In this document: in pieces, positions 36,011 through 47,692 of the stretch
How positions within the stretch are numbered: position 1 is the first letter of the stretch
Layout of the letters: each line of letters starts with the position of its first letter
DNA from: Escherichia coli
Lineage (GTDB): Bacteria > Pseudomonadota > Gammaproteobacteria > Enterobacterales > Enterobacteriaceae
Strand: one strand, 5' to 3'
Assembly: GCF_009931435.1 (NCBI RefSeq)
Contig: NZ_CP043414.1
Length of the DNA stretch: 64,000 nt
Program-made: the position numbers and the translations under genes
Notes under the pieces: model-generated
What the model saw: the letters and a program-made list of their open reading frames with translations, nothing else
Database searches by the model: none
Told to the model about the DNA's origin: nothing

Positions 36011-36313
36011 TTCATGCAATAATATATTGGCTGTTTATTCATCGTGTTGATAAGATATATGTTATATGAATGTTATTAAGGGTGGCGAGACCGTTTAATA
36101 TCACAATAAGGGATTATTTGCTTACTAATAATTTCCCTGCGTTTTTAACGCCTTTTTTTGTATTATAAATCCAGTTATCCAGCCCGACTATCATCACACA
36201 TCATCATCCTGTTTTCCCGCTTCGTTTAAATTTATTTATCAATCAATTTGACTTAAGAGGGCGGCGTGCTACATTAATAAACAGTAATATGTTTATGTAA
36301 TATTAAGCCGACT

Positions 36314-37138
36314 ATGCAATCACTACATGGTAATTGTCTAATTGCGTACGCAAGACATAAATATATTCTCACCATGGTTAATGGTGAATATCGCTATTTT
36401 AATGGCGGTGAACTGGTTTTTGCGGATGCAAGTCAAATTCAAGTGGATAAGTGTGTCGAGAATTTTGTATTAGTTTCAAGGGACACGCTTTCATTATTTC
36501 TCCCGATGCTCAAGGAGGAGGCATTAAATCTTCATGCACATAAAAAAGTTCCTTCGTTACTCGTTCATCACTGTACCAGAGATATTCCTGTTTTTCAGGA
36601 GGTTGCGCAACTATCGCAGAATAAGAATCTGCGCTATGCAGAAATGCTCCGTAAAAGAGCATTAATCTTTGCGTTGTTATCTGTTTTCCTGGAGGACGAG
36701 CAGTTTATACCGCTGCTTCTGAACGTTTTGCAACCGAACATGCGAACACGAGTTTGTACGGTCATCAATAATAATATCGCCCATGAGTGGACATTAGCCC
36801 AAATCGCCAGCGAGCTGTTGATGAGTTCAAGCCTGTTAAAGAAAAAATTGCGCGAAGAAGGTACGTCATATTCACAGTTGCTTACTGAGTGTAGAATGCA
36901 ACGTGCTTTACAACTTATTGTTATACATGGGTTTTCAATTAAAAGAGTCGCAGTGTCCTGTGGTTATCACAGCGTGTCGTATTTCATTTACGTTTTTCGA
37001 AATTATTATGGGATGACGCCCACAGAGTATCAGGAGCGATCGGCACAAGAATTGCCGAACCGTGACTCGGTGGCAAGTATTGTTGCACAAGGGAATTTTT
37101 ACGGCACTGACCGTTCTGCGGAAGGAATAAGATTATAG
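36314..37138 (+). CDS. gadX: AraC-family acid resistance regulator GadX
   Basis: 274-aa ORF matching GadX. Confidence 0.95.
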   Translation: MQSLHGNCLIAYARHKYILTMVNGEYRYFNGGELVFADASQIQVDKCVENFVLVSRDTLSLFLPMLKEEALNLHAHKKVPSLLVHHCTRDIPVFQEVAQLSQNKNLRYAEMLRKRALIFALLSVFLEDEQFIPLLLNVLQPNMRTRVCTVINNNIAHEWTLAQIASELLMSSSLLKKKLREEGTSYSQLLTECRMQRALQLIVIHGFSIKRVAVSCGYHSVSYFIYVFRNYYGMTPTEYQERSAQELPNRDSVASIVAQGNFYGTDRSAEGIRL

Positions 37139-37154
37139 AGTTTTACTCAGACAT

Positions 37155-37260
37155 AAAAAAAACCCGGCATAGGGGACCGGGAAGAGGATAGTCTGCCGTC
37201 TCCAGACTAATAAACCGTTATAACACTCCCTGTTGGCACGGGAAACTTTGTGCTCTCAGT
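37155..37260 (-). ncRNA. gadY: GadY small RNA, antisense to the gadX 3' UTR
   Basis: Reverse complement begins ACTGAGAGCACAAAGTTTCCCGTGCCAACAGGG... and ends in CCCGGTCCCCTATGCCGGGTTTTTTTT, matching GadY as recalled. Confidence 0.8.
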
Positions 37261-37506
37261 AAGTTAAATATAACTTTTACTGGAAATAAGATCAGCCATT
37301 TTTTTATAAACATAAGCTATACGCTGTGTGAAAATATATTGGTGTTGCATTTACTTATTATCAATTAACTGTTATGCAAAACTACTTTGTGGATAAATTT
37401 TGGTCCTACCAAATATGGCAGTTTTTGCACTAAGAAACAGTCTGGCGTCATTTCATTAGTATACTGAAATTGAAATAATCGCAGTAATGAAATATAAGGG
37501 ATAGTC

Positions 37507-38235
37507 ATGACTCATGTCTGCTCGGTGATCCTCGTTCGTCGTTCATTGGATATTCATCATGAACAGCAAAAAATATCGTTGCACAACGAAAGTATTCTAC
37601 TGCTGGATAAAAATTTGGCAGATGATTTTGCGTTTTGTTCACCGGATACGCGACGGCTGGATATCGATGAGCTGACAATTTGCCATTACTTACAAAATAT
37701 TCGTCAGCTACCACGCAATTTAGGGTTACATAGCAAAGACCGTTTGTTAATTAACCAGTCCCCCCCCATGCCTCTGGTGACGGCGATTTTTGATAGTTTC
37801 AATGAATCCGGGGTAAATTCGCCGATAATGAGCAAGATGCTTTACCTTTCCTGTTTATCAATGTTTTCTCATAAGAAAGAACTTATCCCCTTACTTTTCA
37901 ATAGTATCAGTACTGTTTCAGGAAAAGTTGAACGCCTTATTAGCTTTGATATCGCTAAACGTTGGTATCTACGCGATATCGCGGAAAGAATGTATACCAG
38001 CGAGAGTCTCATCAAAAAAAAGTTGCAGGATGAAAATACCTGTTTCAGTAAAATATTACTCGCCTCCAGGATGTCGATGGCCAGACGATTACTCGAGTTA
38101 CGTCAAATTCCTCTACATACTATTGCAGAAAAATGTGGGTATAGCAGTACGTCGTACTTTATAAACACATTTCGACAATATTATGGTGTAACGCCACATC
38201 AGTTTGCGCAACATTCTCCGGGTACCTTCTCCTGA
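37507..38235 (+). CDS. gadW: AraC-family acid resistance regulator GadW
   Basis: 242-aa ORF matching GadW. Confidence 0.95.
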   Translation: MTHVCSVILVRRSLDIHHEQQKISLHNESILLLDKNLADDFAFCSPDTRRLDIDELTICHYLQNIRQLPRNLGLHSKDRLLINQSPPMPLVTAIFDSFNESGVNSPIMSKMLYLSCLSMFSHKKELIPLLFNSISTVSGKVERLISFDIAKRWYLRDIAERMYTSESLIKKKLQDENTCFSKILLASRMSMARRLLELRQIPLHTIAEKCGYSSTSYFINTFRQYYGVTPHQFAQHSPGTFS

Positions 38236-38597
38236 CCTATTTCGTATTTGAATATTGGTCAGGATCTCGCACCTGCTTCATGTGAAACTCTTTCCTGATG
38301 ATCTCTTCCGGGCTACCGGCAAGATCTCTTTCGTAGTTAGCCAGGCGGTATAGGTATTTTCAGGAGGAAAAGACTCGGCATGTTTGGGATTATTAAGCTG
38401 ACAATTCATACGATTACGGGAATGTGGGTCAGTATTGTGCTGTTCAAATTGATGACGAATGGCTGGAGTGGCTTCTACTTTCAGTGCTGTGTACTAAGCC
38501 TGGTATTCCTGACGGTCAGCTGGTTGTTGAGTGGTGAATGGTTAGCAGGAAAGAGTAAGGCTGAACCCTCACGTTCAACCTTACTCTCATTTACACG

Positions 38598-41500
38598 TTA
38601 CGCTTTTTTAAAGCGGGCAAAGAGATGTTCCACTACAACGAAAAAGACTGGAACGAAGTAAATGGCCAGCACTGTTGCGGCAAACATCCCGCCCATCACG
38701 CCGGTACCTACCGCGTTTTGCGCGCCGGAACCGGCACCATGACTGATTACCAGCGGCAGCACGCCGAGAATAAAGGCCAGAGAGGTCATCAGGATTGGGC
38801 GTAAACGCATTCGCGCCGCTTCGATGATCGCCTCTATCGGCGTTTTCCCTTCTTTCTGCATCATCTCAACGGCAAATTCGACGATCAGGATGGCGTTCTT
38901 GGCGGAAAGCCCGATGGTAGTCAGCAAACCAACCTGGAAGTAGACGTCATTACTTAAGCCGCGCAGATCGGTGGCCAGTAATGCGCCAACGACGCCTAAC
39001 GGTACAACCAACATCACCGAGAACGGAATTGACCAGCTCTCATAAAGTGCGGCAAGGGCGAGGAACACCACGACCAGTGAAATGGCATACAGCGCGGGAG
39101 CCTGGTTTGAGGATAACGCTTCCTGATAAGACAGTCCGGTCCATGAGTAGCCGACGCCTGCCGGAAGTTTAGCGACCAGGTCTGCCATAAATTTCATGGC
39201 GTCACCGGTACTTTTCCCGGCCGCCGCTTCTCCTAAAATCTCCATTGACGGGATACCGTTGTAGCGTTCCAGTCGCGGCGAACCATAGGTCCATTCGGTA
39301 GACGAATAGGCAGAAAGCGGTGCCATCGTGCCAGAGGCGTTGCGTACATACCACTGGTTGATGTTATCCGGCAACATACGGAACGGCGTGCCTGCCTGGA
39401 CATACACTTTTTTCACCCGTCCCTGGTTGAGGAAGTCGTTCACGTAGCTGCTGCCGAAGGCGGTGGAAATTGTCTGGTTGATATCGGACAGCGCCACGCC
39501 CATTGCCTCGGCTTTCGCGGCATTGACGTTAACTTTGAACATTGGCGTATCTTCCAGGCCGTTCGGGCGTACCCCGGTAACCTGGTTCGGCGATTGCGCA
39601 GCCAGTGATAACAGCTCGTTTCGCGCCTGGGTCAGTTTTTCGTGCCCCAGGTTACCGTTGTCCAGCAGTTCCATATCAAAACCTGATGCGGTACCCAGTT
39701 CAGCCACCGCGGGTAAGTTGAACGGGAAGACGACGGCTTTATTGATACTGCTTAGCGCAATCATTGCCCGCTGAATGATCGCGGTAACTGAGTTTTCCTC
39801 GCCGACACGTTCAGACCACGGCTTGAGGCTGATAAACGCCAGACCGTTGTTTTGCCCCTGGCCACTGAAGCCAAAGCCGCCAACGGTAAACACCGACTGA
39901 ACATTATCTTTCTCTTTTGTCAGATAATAATCAGTCACCTGTTGCAGCACTTTCGTGGTGTTAACCATGGTTGCACCGGAAGGTAACTGCGCGGTGGTCA
40001 TAAATACCCCCTGATCCTCTTCTGGTAAGAAAGAGGTCGGCGTACGCAGGAACAGCACCGCCATCCCGGCGCAAATCAGCAGGTAGACCACCATGTAGCG
40101 ACCGGTACAACGCAACAGTGAGCGGGTGCTATCGGTATAGTGCTGAGTTGATTTTTCAAACAGCGTGTTGAAGCGTGCGAACAGGGCGTTAGGTTTGTGA
40201 CCGCCTTCCGGCGCGGCTTTCAGAATGGTGGCGCACAGGGCAGGGGTCAGGCTCATTGCGACAAATACTGAAAGCAGCATCGAGGAGATCAGCGTGATGG
40301 AGAACTGTCGGTAGATCTCCCCGGTTGCACCGCTCATAAAGGCCATCGGCATAAACACTGCGGAAAGCACAACGGCAATCCCGACCAGCGCACGTTGGAT
40401 CTGCCCCATGGATTTATGCGTTGCTTCCTTCGGCGGTAGCTTATCTTCCGCAATGACACGCTCGACGTTCTCCACCACCACGATGGCGTCATCCACCAAC
40501 AACCCTATCGCCAGCACCATCCCGAACATGGTGAGGGTGTTGATGGTGAAACCGACCGCCGACAAGATCGCAAACGTCCCGAGAATAACCACCGGTACGG
40601 CAATCGTCGGGATGATTGTGGCTCGGAAATTCTGCAAAAACAGATACATGACCAGGAAGACGAGGATGATAGCCTCAACCAGCGTTTTGAAAACTTCCTG
40701 AATAGAAATTTTGATAAACGGTGTGGTGTCGTAAGGATAAACCGTCTTCAGGCTTGCGGGGAAATAAGCCGATAAACGGTTCAGCTCCTCTTTCACCGCT
40801 CGCGAGGTATCCAGGGCGTTTGCTCCGGTAGCCAGTTTGATGGCGATACCGGCAGCAGGTTTGCCGTTATAGCGCGCCACGGTGGAATAATCTTCCGCCC
40901 CAAGTTCGACGCGGGCGACATCACGCAGCAGCACTTGCGAGCCATCTTGCTGAACTTTCAACAGGATTTTGCCAAATTCTTCCGGCGTTTGCAGACGCGT
41001 CTGCACAATGATCGAGGCGTTCAGTTGCTGGTCTGCCGCCTGTGGCATGCCACCCAGTTGACCACCAGAAATCTGGTTGTTTTGCACCTTAATCTGGGAA
41101 ATAACATCGGAAGGTACCAGGTTGTATTTATTGAGTTTTTGCGGGTCCAGCCAGATACGCATGGCATACTCGGAACCAAAGAGTTGTACGCTACCAACGC
41201 CCGCGGTACGGCTTAGCGGGTCTTTGATATTAGACGCTACATAGTCCGCGATATCGTACTGGTTGAGACTGCCGTTATCAGAAATGAACGCCGCTACCAT
41301 CAGGATATTACTGCTCGACTTATCGACGCTAATACCCTGCTGCTGCACCGCTTCAGGTAATGAAGGCATAGCGAGTTGCAGTTTATTTTGCACCTGAACC
41401 TGCGCGATATCAGGCGATGTCCCCGTCTCAAAGGTCAGAGTGATGGAGGCATTACCCGCCGCATCGCTGGTTGAAGACATGTACATCAGGCCATCAAGCC

Positions 41501-41711
41501 CATTCATATTTTGCTCAATCACCTGAGTGACCGAGTCTTCTACCGTTTGCGCATCGGCACCCGGATAGGTTGCGCTGACGGTAATGGTTGGTGGCGCAAT
41601 CTGCGGATATTGCGCAACCGGTAAGTTCATGATCGCCAGACCACCTGCAAGCATCATAATAATGGCAAGTACCCAGGCAAAAACCGGGCGATCAATAAAA
41701 TAGTTAGCCAT
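38598..41711 (-). CDS. mdtF: RND multidrug efflux transporter MdtF
   Basis: 1037-aa ORF matching MdtF (AcrB family). Confidence 0.95.
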   Translation of the reverse strand: MANYFIDRPVFAWVLAIIMMLAGGLAIMNLPVAQYPQIAPPTITVSATYPGADAQTVEDSVTQVIEQNMNGLDGLMYMSSTSDAAGNASITLTFETGTSPDIAQVQVQNKLQLAMPSLPEAVQQQGISVDKSSSNILMVAAFISDNGSLNQYDIADYVASNIKDPLSRTAGVGSVQLFGSEYAMRIWLDPQKLNKYNLVPSDVISQIKVQNNQISGGQLGGMPQAADQQLNASIIVQTRLQTPEEFGKILLKVQQDGSQVLLRDVARVELGAEDYSTVARYNGKPAAGIAIKLATGANALDTSRAVKEELNRLSAYFPASLKTVYPYDTTPFIKISIQEVFKTLVEAIILVFLVMYLFLQNFRATIIPTIAVPVVILGTFAILSAVGFTINTLTMFGMVLAIGLLVDDAIVVVENVERVIAEDKLPPKEATHKSMGQIQRALVGIAVVLSAVFMPMAFMSGATGEIYRQFSITLISSMLLSVFVAMSLTPALCATILKAAPEGGHKPNALFARFNTLFEKSTQHYTDSTRSLLRCTGRYMVVYLLICAGMAVLFLRTPTSFLPEEDQGVFMTTAQLPSGATMVNTTKVLQQVTDYYLTKEKDNVQSVFTVGGFGFSGQGQNNGLAFISLKPWSERVGEENSVTAIIQRAMIALSSINKAVVFPFNLPAVAELGTASGFDMELLDNGNLGHEKLTQARNELLSLAAQSPNQVTGVRPNGLEDTPMFKVNVNAAKAEAMGVALSDINQTISTAFGSSYVNDFLNQGRVKKVYVQAGTPFRMLPDNINQWYVRNASGTMAPLSAYSSTEWTYGSPRLERYNGIPSMEILGEAAAGKSTGDAMKFMADLVAKLPAGVGYSWTGLSYQEALSSNQAPALYAISLVVVFLALAALYESWSIPFSVMLVVPLGVVGALLATDLRGLSNDVYFQVGLLTTIGLSAKNAILIVEFAVEMMQKEGKTPIEAIIEAARMRLRPILMTSLAFILGVLPLVISHGAGSGAQNAVGTGVMGGMFAATVLAIYFVPVFFVVVEHLFARFKKA

Positions 41712-41735
41712 GAAAGTCCCCTTAAGCCTGCAACG

Positions 41736-42893
41736 TTATTGTTTCGATTCGGTGCTGGCGTTTTCCTGGCTGGAGGAAATTGCACGTGCTTTGATACCCG
41801 GATGAATACGTTGCAAACCGGAAACGATCACCCGATCGCCAGCCTGCAAGCCAGAGGTGACAACCCACTGGTCGCCGATGGCTTTGCTGGCTTCAATTTC
41901 GCGTAGCTGCACAACATCGTCTTTATCCAGAATGAGCGCCGTTGCTTTACCCTGGGCGTTGTGGGTGACGCCTTCCTGCGGCACCAGTAATACATTCTGG
42001 CGGCTACCTTCATCCACTAATGCCGTGACATACATACCTGGCAGCAAGTCACCATTTGGGTTGGGGAAAATCGCCCGTAACGTCACGGAGCCCGTGGTTT
42101 CATCCACCGTCGGGTCGGAGAATTTCAGCGTGCCGGTCTGGCTGTAACGTTTACCATTTTCCAGATTGAGCTGTACTGGCGTACTGCCCTGAACCTGTTT
42201 GATTTGTCCACTGGCGACCTCTTCTTTCATGCGCAAAAAATCCTGCACCGACTGCGTGAGATCGACATAAATCGGGTCCAGACGTTGCACGGTAACCAGT
42301 GAATCGGCTTGATTAGCGGTAACGAGTGCGCCGACGGTCACCGACGATTTCCCGCTGACGCCCGTAATCGGCGAGGTGACATTCGCGTATTGCAGATTGA
42401 TCGTCGCCTGTTCAACAGCCGCTTTGGCGACGGTGACATTGGCTTCTGCTTCATTCAGCTGGGTGCGCGCGGTGTCGTAATCCTGACGGCTAACGTAGTT
42501 GGTCTTCAGCAATGATGCCTGGCGGTTAAAGGTGATGCGGGCATTGCTGGCGGTTGAGAGTGCTTTCGCCAACGAGCCTTTGGCGGAGTTTAGATCGGCC
42601 TGTAAAGGCGCAGGATCAATCTGATACAGCGAATCGCCCTGGTTCACTTTATCGCCTTCGATAAAGTTGCGTTTAATGATAATACCGCCCACCTGAGGGC
42701 GTATCTCGGCAACTTCATAAGGAACGGTTCTACCAGGCAATTCGCTCAACACATTGACCGAACCGGGGGAGAGTGTGACGACACCGACCTCAGGCGTCAT
42801 GGCGGCGGCGTTTTCCGTCGATTTGTCATCGCAGGCGGTGAGCATCGCGCCGCAGAATAACAACGGTATTAACAGTTTTCTTCTTCTGTTCAT
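41736..42893 (-). CDS. mdtE: RND efflux membrane fusion protein MdtE
   Basis: 385-aa lipoprotein-type ORF matching MdtE. Confidence 0.95.
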   Translation of the reverse strand: MNRRRKLLIPLLFCGAMLTACDDKSTENAAAMTPEVGVVTLSPGSVNVLSELPGRTVPYEVAEIRPQVGGIIIKRNFIEGDKVNQGDSLYQIDPAPLQADLNSAKGSLAKALSTASNARITFNRQASLLKTNYVSRQDYDTARTQLNEAEANVTVAKAAVEQATINLQYANVTSPITGVSGKSSVTVGALVTANQADSLVTVQRLDPIYVDLTQSVQDFLRMKEEVASGQIKQVQGSTPVQLNLENGKRYSQTGTLKFSDPTVDETTGSVTLRAIFPNPNGDLLPGMYVTALVDEGSRQNVLLVPQEGVTHNAQGKATALILDKDDVVQLREIEASKAIGDQWVVTSGLQAGDRVIVSGLQRIHPGIKARAISSSQENASTESKQ

Positions 42894-43231
42894 TTTAGTC
42901 CCTGAAAATTCTTGAGATATAACGGTTCTTTAAATTGCGCGCGAGGAGAGGTATGAGGGATTTACAGACCAGCGGCATAGTGGGGTTGTCAGCCAGTAAG
43001 ATGGGATGCAAGCACAGTGATCGACATGGTGAGGTCAACGACAAAAAAAATGTTGCCGTTCTGCCAACAGTTCCTGCCAGCATTCGGGCAACGAAGGGTT
43101 CTACTGGTGGATACACATACCAGGGGAATAAAGTCGTTTTCGCCTCTCCTTTAGTCATCACCGGGGATAATGAAATCAGCATCTGCATCCCTCTTCATGC
43201 CTGCCATCATTTTCAGTTAATTATGTCCTGA

Positions 43232-43759
43232 CTAAAAATAAGATGTGATACCCAGGGTGACGATGTCGCTCATACGTCTTAGTTTCAGCTTGTACATAAT
43301 GTTGAATTTCTGAATCTTTAATGTTTGTTGCGAAATATTGAGCGTTGACGTGATATTGCTTTCGTTTTTGTTTTTCAGAATCAGCTGCATAATTTTGAAC
43401 TGATTATGTGAAAAACATAATTGTGAATTCTTATGGGGCAAGTGTTTACCATAAGTAATCTCAAGAAGATTTTTGATACTTTCTTTGCGGCTGACAAAAT
43501 AAATAGGCGCTTTAGCTTTTAGTTTACTGATGTGATAAGGTGCCAAAACAATAATTCTCTCGGCGTCTAATTTCTCCAGAAATTTAATCGCTTCTTCATC
43601 AAGGATATGGTTGTGATAGGTATCAATGATAACCTTGAAGGGTTTATTACCTACTTTTTTGATCTCTGACAGGGAATTGATTTTTATCATTTCGTGATTA
43701 TCTTTCAACTGCCAAAAGCCCTGTAAAAGAAAAGAATCTTTCGTCATGAGAAAAATCAT
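43232..43759 (-). CDS. gadE: LuxR-family acid resistance activator GadE (175 aa)
   Basis: Starts MIFLMTKDSFLLQGFWQ...; the 201-aa track ORF is an upstream extension. Confidence 0.9.
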   Translation of the reverse strand: MIFLMTKDSFLLQGFWQLKDNHEMIKINSLSEIKKVGNKPFKVIIDTYHNHILDEEAIKFLEKLDAERIIVLAPYHISKLKAKAPIYFVSRKESIKNLLEITYGKHLPHKNSQLCFSHNQFKIMQLILKNKNESNITSTLNISQQTLKIQKFNIMYKLKLRRMSDIVTLGITSYF

Positions 43760-44557
43760 AACTTGCTCCTTAGCCGTTATCGTTTCGAACATGTCATCCT
43801 TTTCATTATTTACATCCCTGTCCGAATCGTTGTTCAATATAGTAAACGCCTATAAGAACCTTGCCCTTCGTGAACTAATACGTCTATTAACACTAATCAA
43901 TACTTCAGATTTATCCATCACGCACTCCATATATTGATCCTAAGTAAAATTCCTGGTTGTTATCAGATTGTAAACTGCAAACAAAAAATTAACGTTTGCG
44001 GATTACTGCCCAAGAATAAGTTATCAATAACCAGTTTGTGATCTCTGAAGAATATTACTAAAGTTAAAATGTAATCCGATTTAAATATCGAGTCTCCTTG
44101 TTTCGACTTAAGCTGGCAATTGGATTGCCAGCTTTCTTTTAACGCATTGAAATTACCTGAGTAAATAACTCATTCATGTCTTCAGGTTTTTATATAGCGT
44201 CTGGAGACACGGATATTTATGCAATGTAATCAACGCCAGTTGCAAAAAAATGAACCCGGATTACTTATTTAACCGCCCATAGCATCAACGTTTACGGAAC
44301 TCTTTGTTCACTTTCCCACAGCACTTTTAAAACATTAAACCTGACTACGGAAAATATCAGCCATGATAATGTTTGAAATGGCTAATTTGCCATGCAATGA
44401 AAAAAATCAGATAAAATTCAGTAGGTTGAAATACTCATCAGCAGGTAATTATTTCAATGATAGCGCGCAATTGATCTAAAATGCTGTGTAGCGGAGAGAG
44501 TATTAATTGGATCATAGTCACATCAAGTGACTATGATCCAGGTGGCAATAGGGATAA

Positions 44558-45130
44558 TTATTGCTTTTTAACAAACAAACTGGCGAAGCTGAACAGGCTA
44601 GCGGCGCTAAATATCAGTTCAATTCCCACTAGTGTGGAAACCAGCGTTACAGAAACCATCGGCGTAGCACCAAGGAATATCCAGGCAATGACGATATCCA
44701 GCACACCAATAACGAGCTGTAGCCAACTGCCTTTCATTGAACGCTGACGATACCAACTCATCAGGCGAATAACCCCTGCCACACAGAACAAACCGGCAAT
44801 AAATGCCGCAATGGCAAAAATGCCCAGCTCTGGTGCGCGGATGAAGAAATAGCCGATCAATAAATAGGCGACTGCGACGAGGAAACCGGATAATACCGGC
44901 CAGAAATTATGACTGCGGTTGCTGAATAACCCGACAATAAGCGCAATACCCGAGCAGATTAATAATGCACCCACTACTGTGCTTAAAATATCGCCAGAGA
45001 CGAACGGAAAACTGATACACAGCAACCCGACGATAAACAGCAGCACGGCAATAAACTGGATTGCTCTGCGATGTTTTTTAAGCATCTCCAGATCAAACTT
45101 CAAAATTGTTGCCTTATCTATATATAACAT
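44558..45130 (-). CDS. hdeD: Acid resistance membrane protein HdeD
   Basis: 190-aa membrane ORF matching HdeD. Confidence 0.95.
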   Translation of the reverse strand: MLYIDKATILKFDLEMLKKHRRAIQFIAVLLFIVGLLCISFPFVSGDILSTVVGALLICSGIALIVGLFSNRSHNFWPVLSGFLVAVAYLLIGYFFIRAPELGIFAIAAFIAGLFCVAGVIRLMSWYRQRSMKGSWLQLVIGVLDIVIAWIFLGATPMVSVTLVSTLVGIELIFSAASLFSFASLFVKKQ

Positions 45131-45384
45131 AGAACCACCCTATAAAATTAAGAAGAAAATCCCCTGCTATCAATCTATGCCAAAAACGCGTCTAAGAATG
45201 CAGTCGATTTAATAAAAATTTCCTAATTACAGTATCAGATGCATCTGTAACTCATTGTATTAAAATAAAAATATCTGATTTTGATATTTTCCATCAACAT
45301 GACATATACAGAAAACCAGGTTATAACCTCAGTGTCGAAATTAATTCGTGACGGCTCTTTCACTTTATAGTTGAGGATATTACG

Positions 45385-45717
45385 ATGAAAAAAGTATTAG
45401 GCGTTATTCTTGGTGGTCTGCTTCTTCTGCCAGTGGTGAGCAATGCAGCGGATGCACAAAAAGCAGCTGATAACAAAAAACCGGTCAACACCTGGACCTG
45501 TGAAGATTTTCTGGCTGTGGACGAATCCTTCCAGCCAACTGCAGTTGGTTTTGCTGAAGCACTGAACAATAAAGATAAACCAGAAGATGCGGTTTTAGAT
45601 GTTCAGGGTATTGCAACCGTAACCCCAGCGATCGTTCAGGCTTGTACTCAGGATAAACAAGCCAACTTTAAAGATAAAGTTAAAAGCGAATGGGACAAAG
45701 TTAAGAAAGATATGTAA
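45385..45717 (+). CDS. hdeA: Periplasmic acid stress chaperone HdeA
   Basis: 110-aa ORF with signal peptide matching HdeA. Confidence 0.95.
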   Translation: MKKVLGVILGGLLLLPVVSNAADAQKAADNKKPVNTWTCEDFLAVDESFQPTAVGFAEALNNKDKPEDAVLDVQGIATVTPAIVQACTQDKQANFKDKVKSEWDKVKKDM

Positions 45718-45832
45718 TTCCGGGAATACGTTACATCGTACTTCCTTGCATATTGAACAGGTAGGAATACCTTCTTCAAAAGCAGCTATTCCTTCTGTTC
45801 ATATTTAATCTCTATATTGAATGGGTTACAAA

Positions 45833-46159
45833 ATGAATATTTCATCTCTCCGTAAAGCGTTTATTTTTATGGGCGCTGTAGCGGCTTTGTCACTGGTGAA
45901 CGCACAATCTGCGCTGGCAGCCAATGAATCCGCTAAAGATATGACTTGCCAGGAATTTATTGATCTGAATCCAAAAGCAATGACACCGGTTGCGTGGTGG
46001 ATGCTGCATGAAGAAACAGTTTATAAAGGTGGTGATACTGTTACTTTAAATGAAACCGATCTTACTCAAATTCCTAAAGTGATCGAATACTGCAAAAAAA
46101 ATCCGCAGAAAAATTTGTATACTTTCAAAAATCAAGCATCTAATGACTTGCCGAATTAA
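45833..46159 (+). CDS. hdeB: Periplasmic acid stress chaperone HdeB (108 aa)
   Basis: Starts MNISSLRKAFIFMGAVAALSL...; matches HdeB. Confidence 0.95.
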   Translation: MNISSLRKAFIFMGAVAALSLVNAQSALAANESAKDMTCQEFIDLNPKAMTPVAWWMLHEETVYKGGDTVTLNETDLTQIPKVIEYCKKNPQKNLYTFKNQASNDLPN

Positions 46160-46222
46160 TGGGGCACAAGTAAAAAGGAGTAGCAAGTTGAGCCATCTTG
46201 CTGCTCCTTTTTGCATTTTTAT

Positions 46223-46870
46223 ATGACAGCAGAATTTATTATACGTCTTATACTCGCAGCAATTGCCTGTGGCGCTATTGGCATGGAAAGGCAAATGCGC
46301 GGCAAAGGAGCAGGGTTACGCACACATGTATTAATTGGCATGGGAAGCGCCCTGTTTATGATTGTTTCGAAATATGGTTTTGCTGACGTGCTGTCTTTAG
46401 ATCACGTCGGACTGGACCCCAGCCGTATTGCTGCTCAGGTGGTGACGGGCGTCGGGTTTATCGGTGCAGGTAACATTCTCGTTCGTAACCAAAATATTGT
46501 AGGTCTGACGACGGCAGCGGATATCTGGGTGACCGCCGCCATTGGTATGGTTATTGGTAGCGGTATGTACGAACTGGGCATTTATGGTTCAGTGATGACC
46601 TTACTGGTGCTGGAAGTCTTCCATCAATTAACCTTCCGCCTGATGAATAAAAATTACCATTTACAGCTGACATTAGTGAACGGTAATACGGTATCAATGC
46701 TCGACTGGTTTAAGCAGCAAAAAATAAAAACGGATTTAGTTTCGTTGCAGGAAAATGAAGATCATGAAGTGGTCGCCATTGATATCCAGCTTCATGCCAC
46801 GACGTCGATAGAAGATCTGTTGCGATTATTAAAAGGTATGGCAGGGGTGAAAGGCGTTTCAATTAGCTAA
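46223..46870 (+). CDS. yhiD: MgtC-family inner membrane protein YhiD
   Basis: 215-aa ORF starting MTAEFIIRLILAAIACG...; matches YhiD. Confidence 0.9.
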   Translation: MTAEFIIRLILAAIACGAIGMERQMRGKGAGLRTHVLIGMGSALFMIVSKYGFADVLSLDHVGLDPSRIAAQVVTGVGFIGAGNILVRNQNIVGLTTAADIWVTAAIGMVIGSGMYELGIYGSVMTLLVLEVFHQLTFRLMNKNYHLQLTLVNGNTVSMLDWFKQQKIKTDLVSLQENEDHEVVAIDIQLHATTSIEDLLRLLKGMAGVKGVSIS

Positions 46871-46890
46871 TCTATATAGTTATTTATTCG

Positions 46891-46924
46891 CAGGAGTACC
46901 AGAGCGGTACTCCTGTTGGTTTTA
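46891..46924 (+). terminator. Intrinsic terminator of yhiD, overlapping the chuV stop
   Basis: caggagtaccagagcggtactcctg stem-loop followed by ttggtttt. Confidence 0.6.
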
Positions 46925-47692
46925 ATGATCGAGGACGATCAGTGGTGAATGGTTGGCAGGATCTTTAAGTACGGTAATATCCGCGCCGTAGAGCATTGTC
47001 AGCGCCTGCTGTGTCAATACGTCCTGCGGTTTACCATTTGCGATAACCTTTCCTTTTTGCATTAATACAACACGGTCTGCATAACGCGCGGCAAGATTTA
47101 GATCGTGCAATACGCAGCAAACATTGAACTGCCGTTCGTGAACTAGCTGGCGTAATAAACGAAACAAGTGCTGCTGATGGTGAATATCCAGCGCCGAAGT
47201 TGGTTCATCAAGAAATAACCATTTCGGTGAGGGAGTTGGTTCCCAGAGTTGCACCAGCAGGCGCGCTAATTGCACGCGCTGTTGTTCACCACCGGATAAT
47301 TGCCGATAGTCGCGGTTTGCTAACGCCTGACAGTCACATAACGCCATTATTTGTGCTGTTTCATTATCCTGATTACCAGTACGATGCGGATGCCGCCCCA
47401 TCTGGATAACTTCTTGTACGCTGAATGGAAACGCCATGTGGCTATTTTGACGCATCACGGCCCGGTGTTTCGCCAGTTCAGTAATCGACCATTCATTTAA
47501 TGGCTTATTAAACAACCGACATTCGCCGCTATCAGGTTGAAGATAGCCGGTTAACTGGCGAAGCAGCGTAGATTTTCCCGCACCATTAGGGCCGAGAATG
47601 GCAACAATTTCCCCACCGGGAAAAGTCAGCGAGACATTATCAGTCAGACGCCGCCCCTGAAGGCTATAAACCAGATTCTGGGCGCTGATCAT
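46922..47692 (-). CDS. chuV: Heme ABC transporter ATP-binding protein ChuV
   Basis: 256-aa ORF starting [11 protein letters not shown]... with Walker [10 protein letters not shown] and ABC signature LSGGEQQR; 4-nt overlap with chuU. Confidence 0.9.
   Translation of the reverse strand: MISAQNLVYSLQGRRLTDNVSLTFPGGEIVAILGPNGAGKSTLLRQLTGYLQPDSGECRLFNKPLNEWSITELAKHRAVMRQNSHMAFPFSVQEVIQMGRHPHRTGNQDNETAQIMALCDCQALANRDYRQLSGGEQQRVQLARLLVQLWEPTPSPKWLFLDEPTSALDIHHQQHLFRLLRQLVHERQFNVCCVLHDLNLAARYADRVVLMQKGKVIANGKPQDVLTQQALTMLYGADITVLKDPANHSPLIVLDH

Noticed and set aside
42895-43231. Overlapping 97-aa (-) and 98-aa (+) ORFs in the mdtE-gadE intergenic region
   Set aside because: This is the gadE 3' UTR and mdtE leader. 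The two frames overlap each other antisense and neither has a clear RBS.
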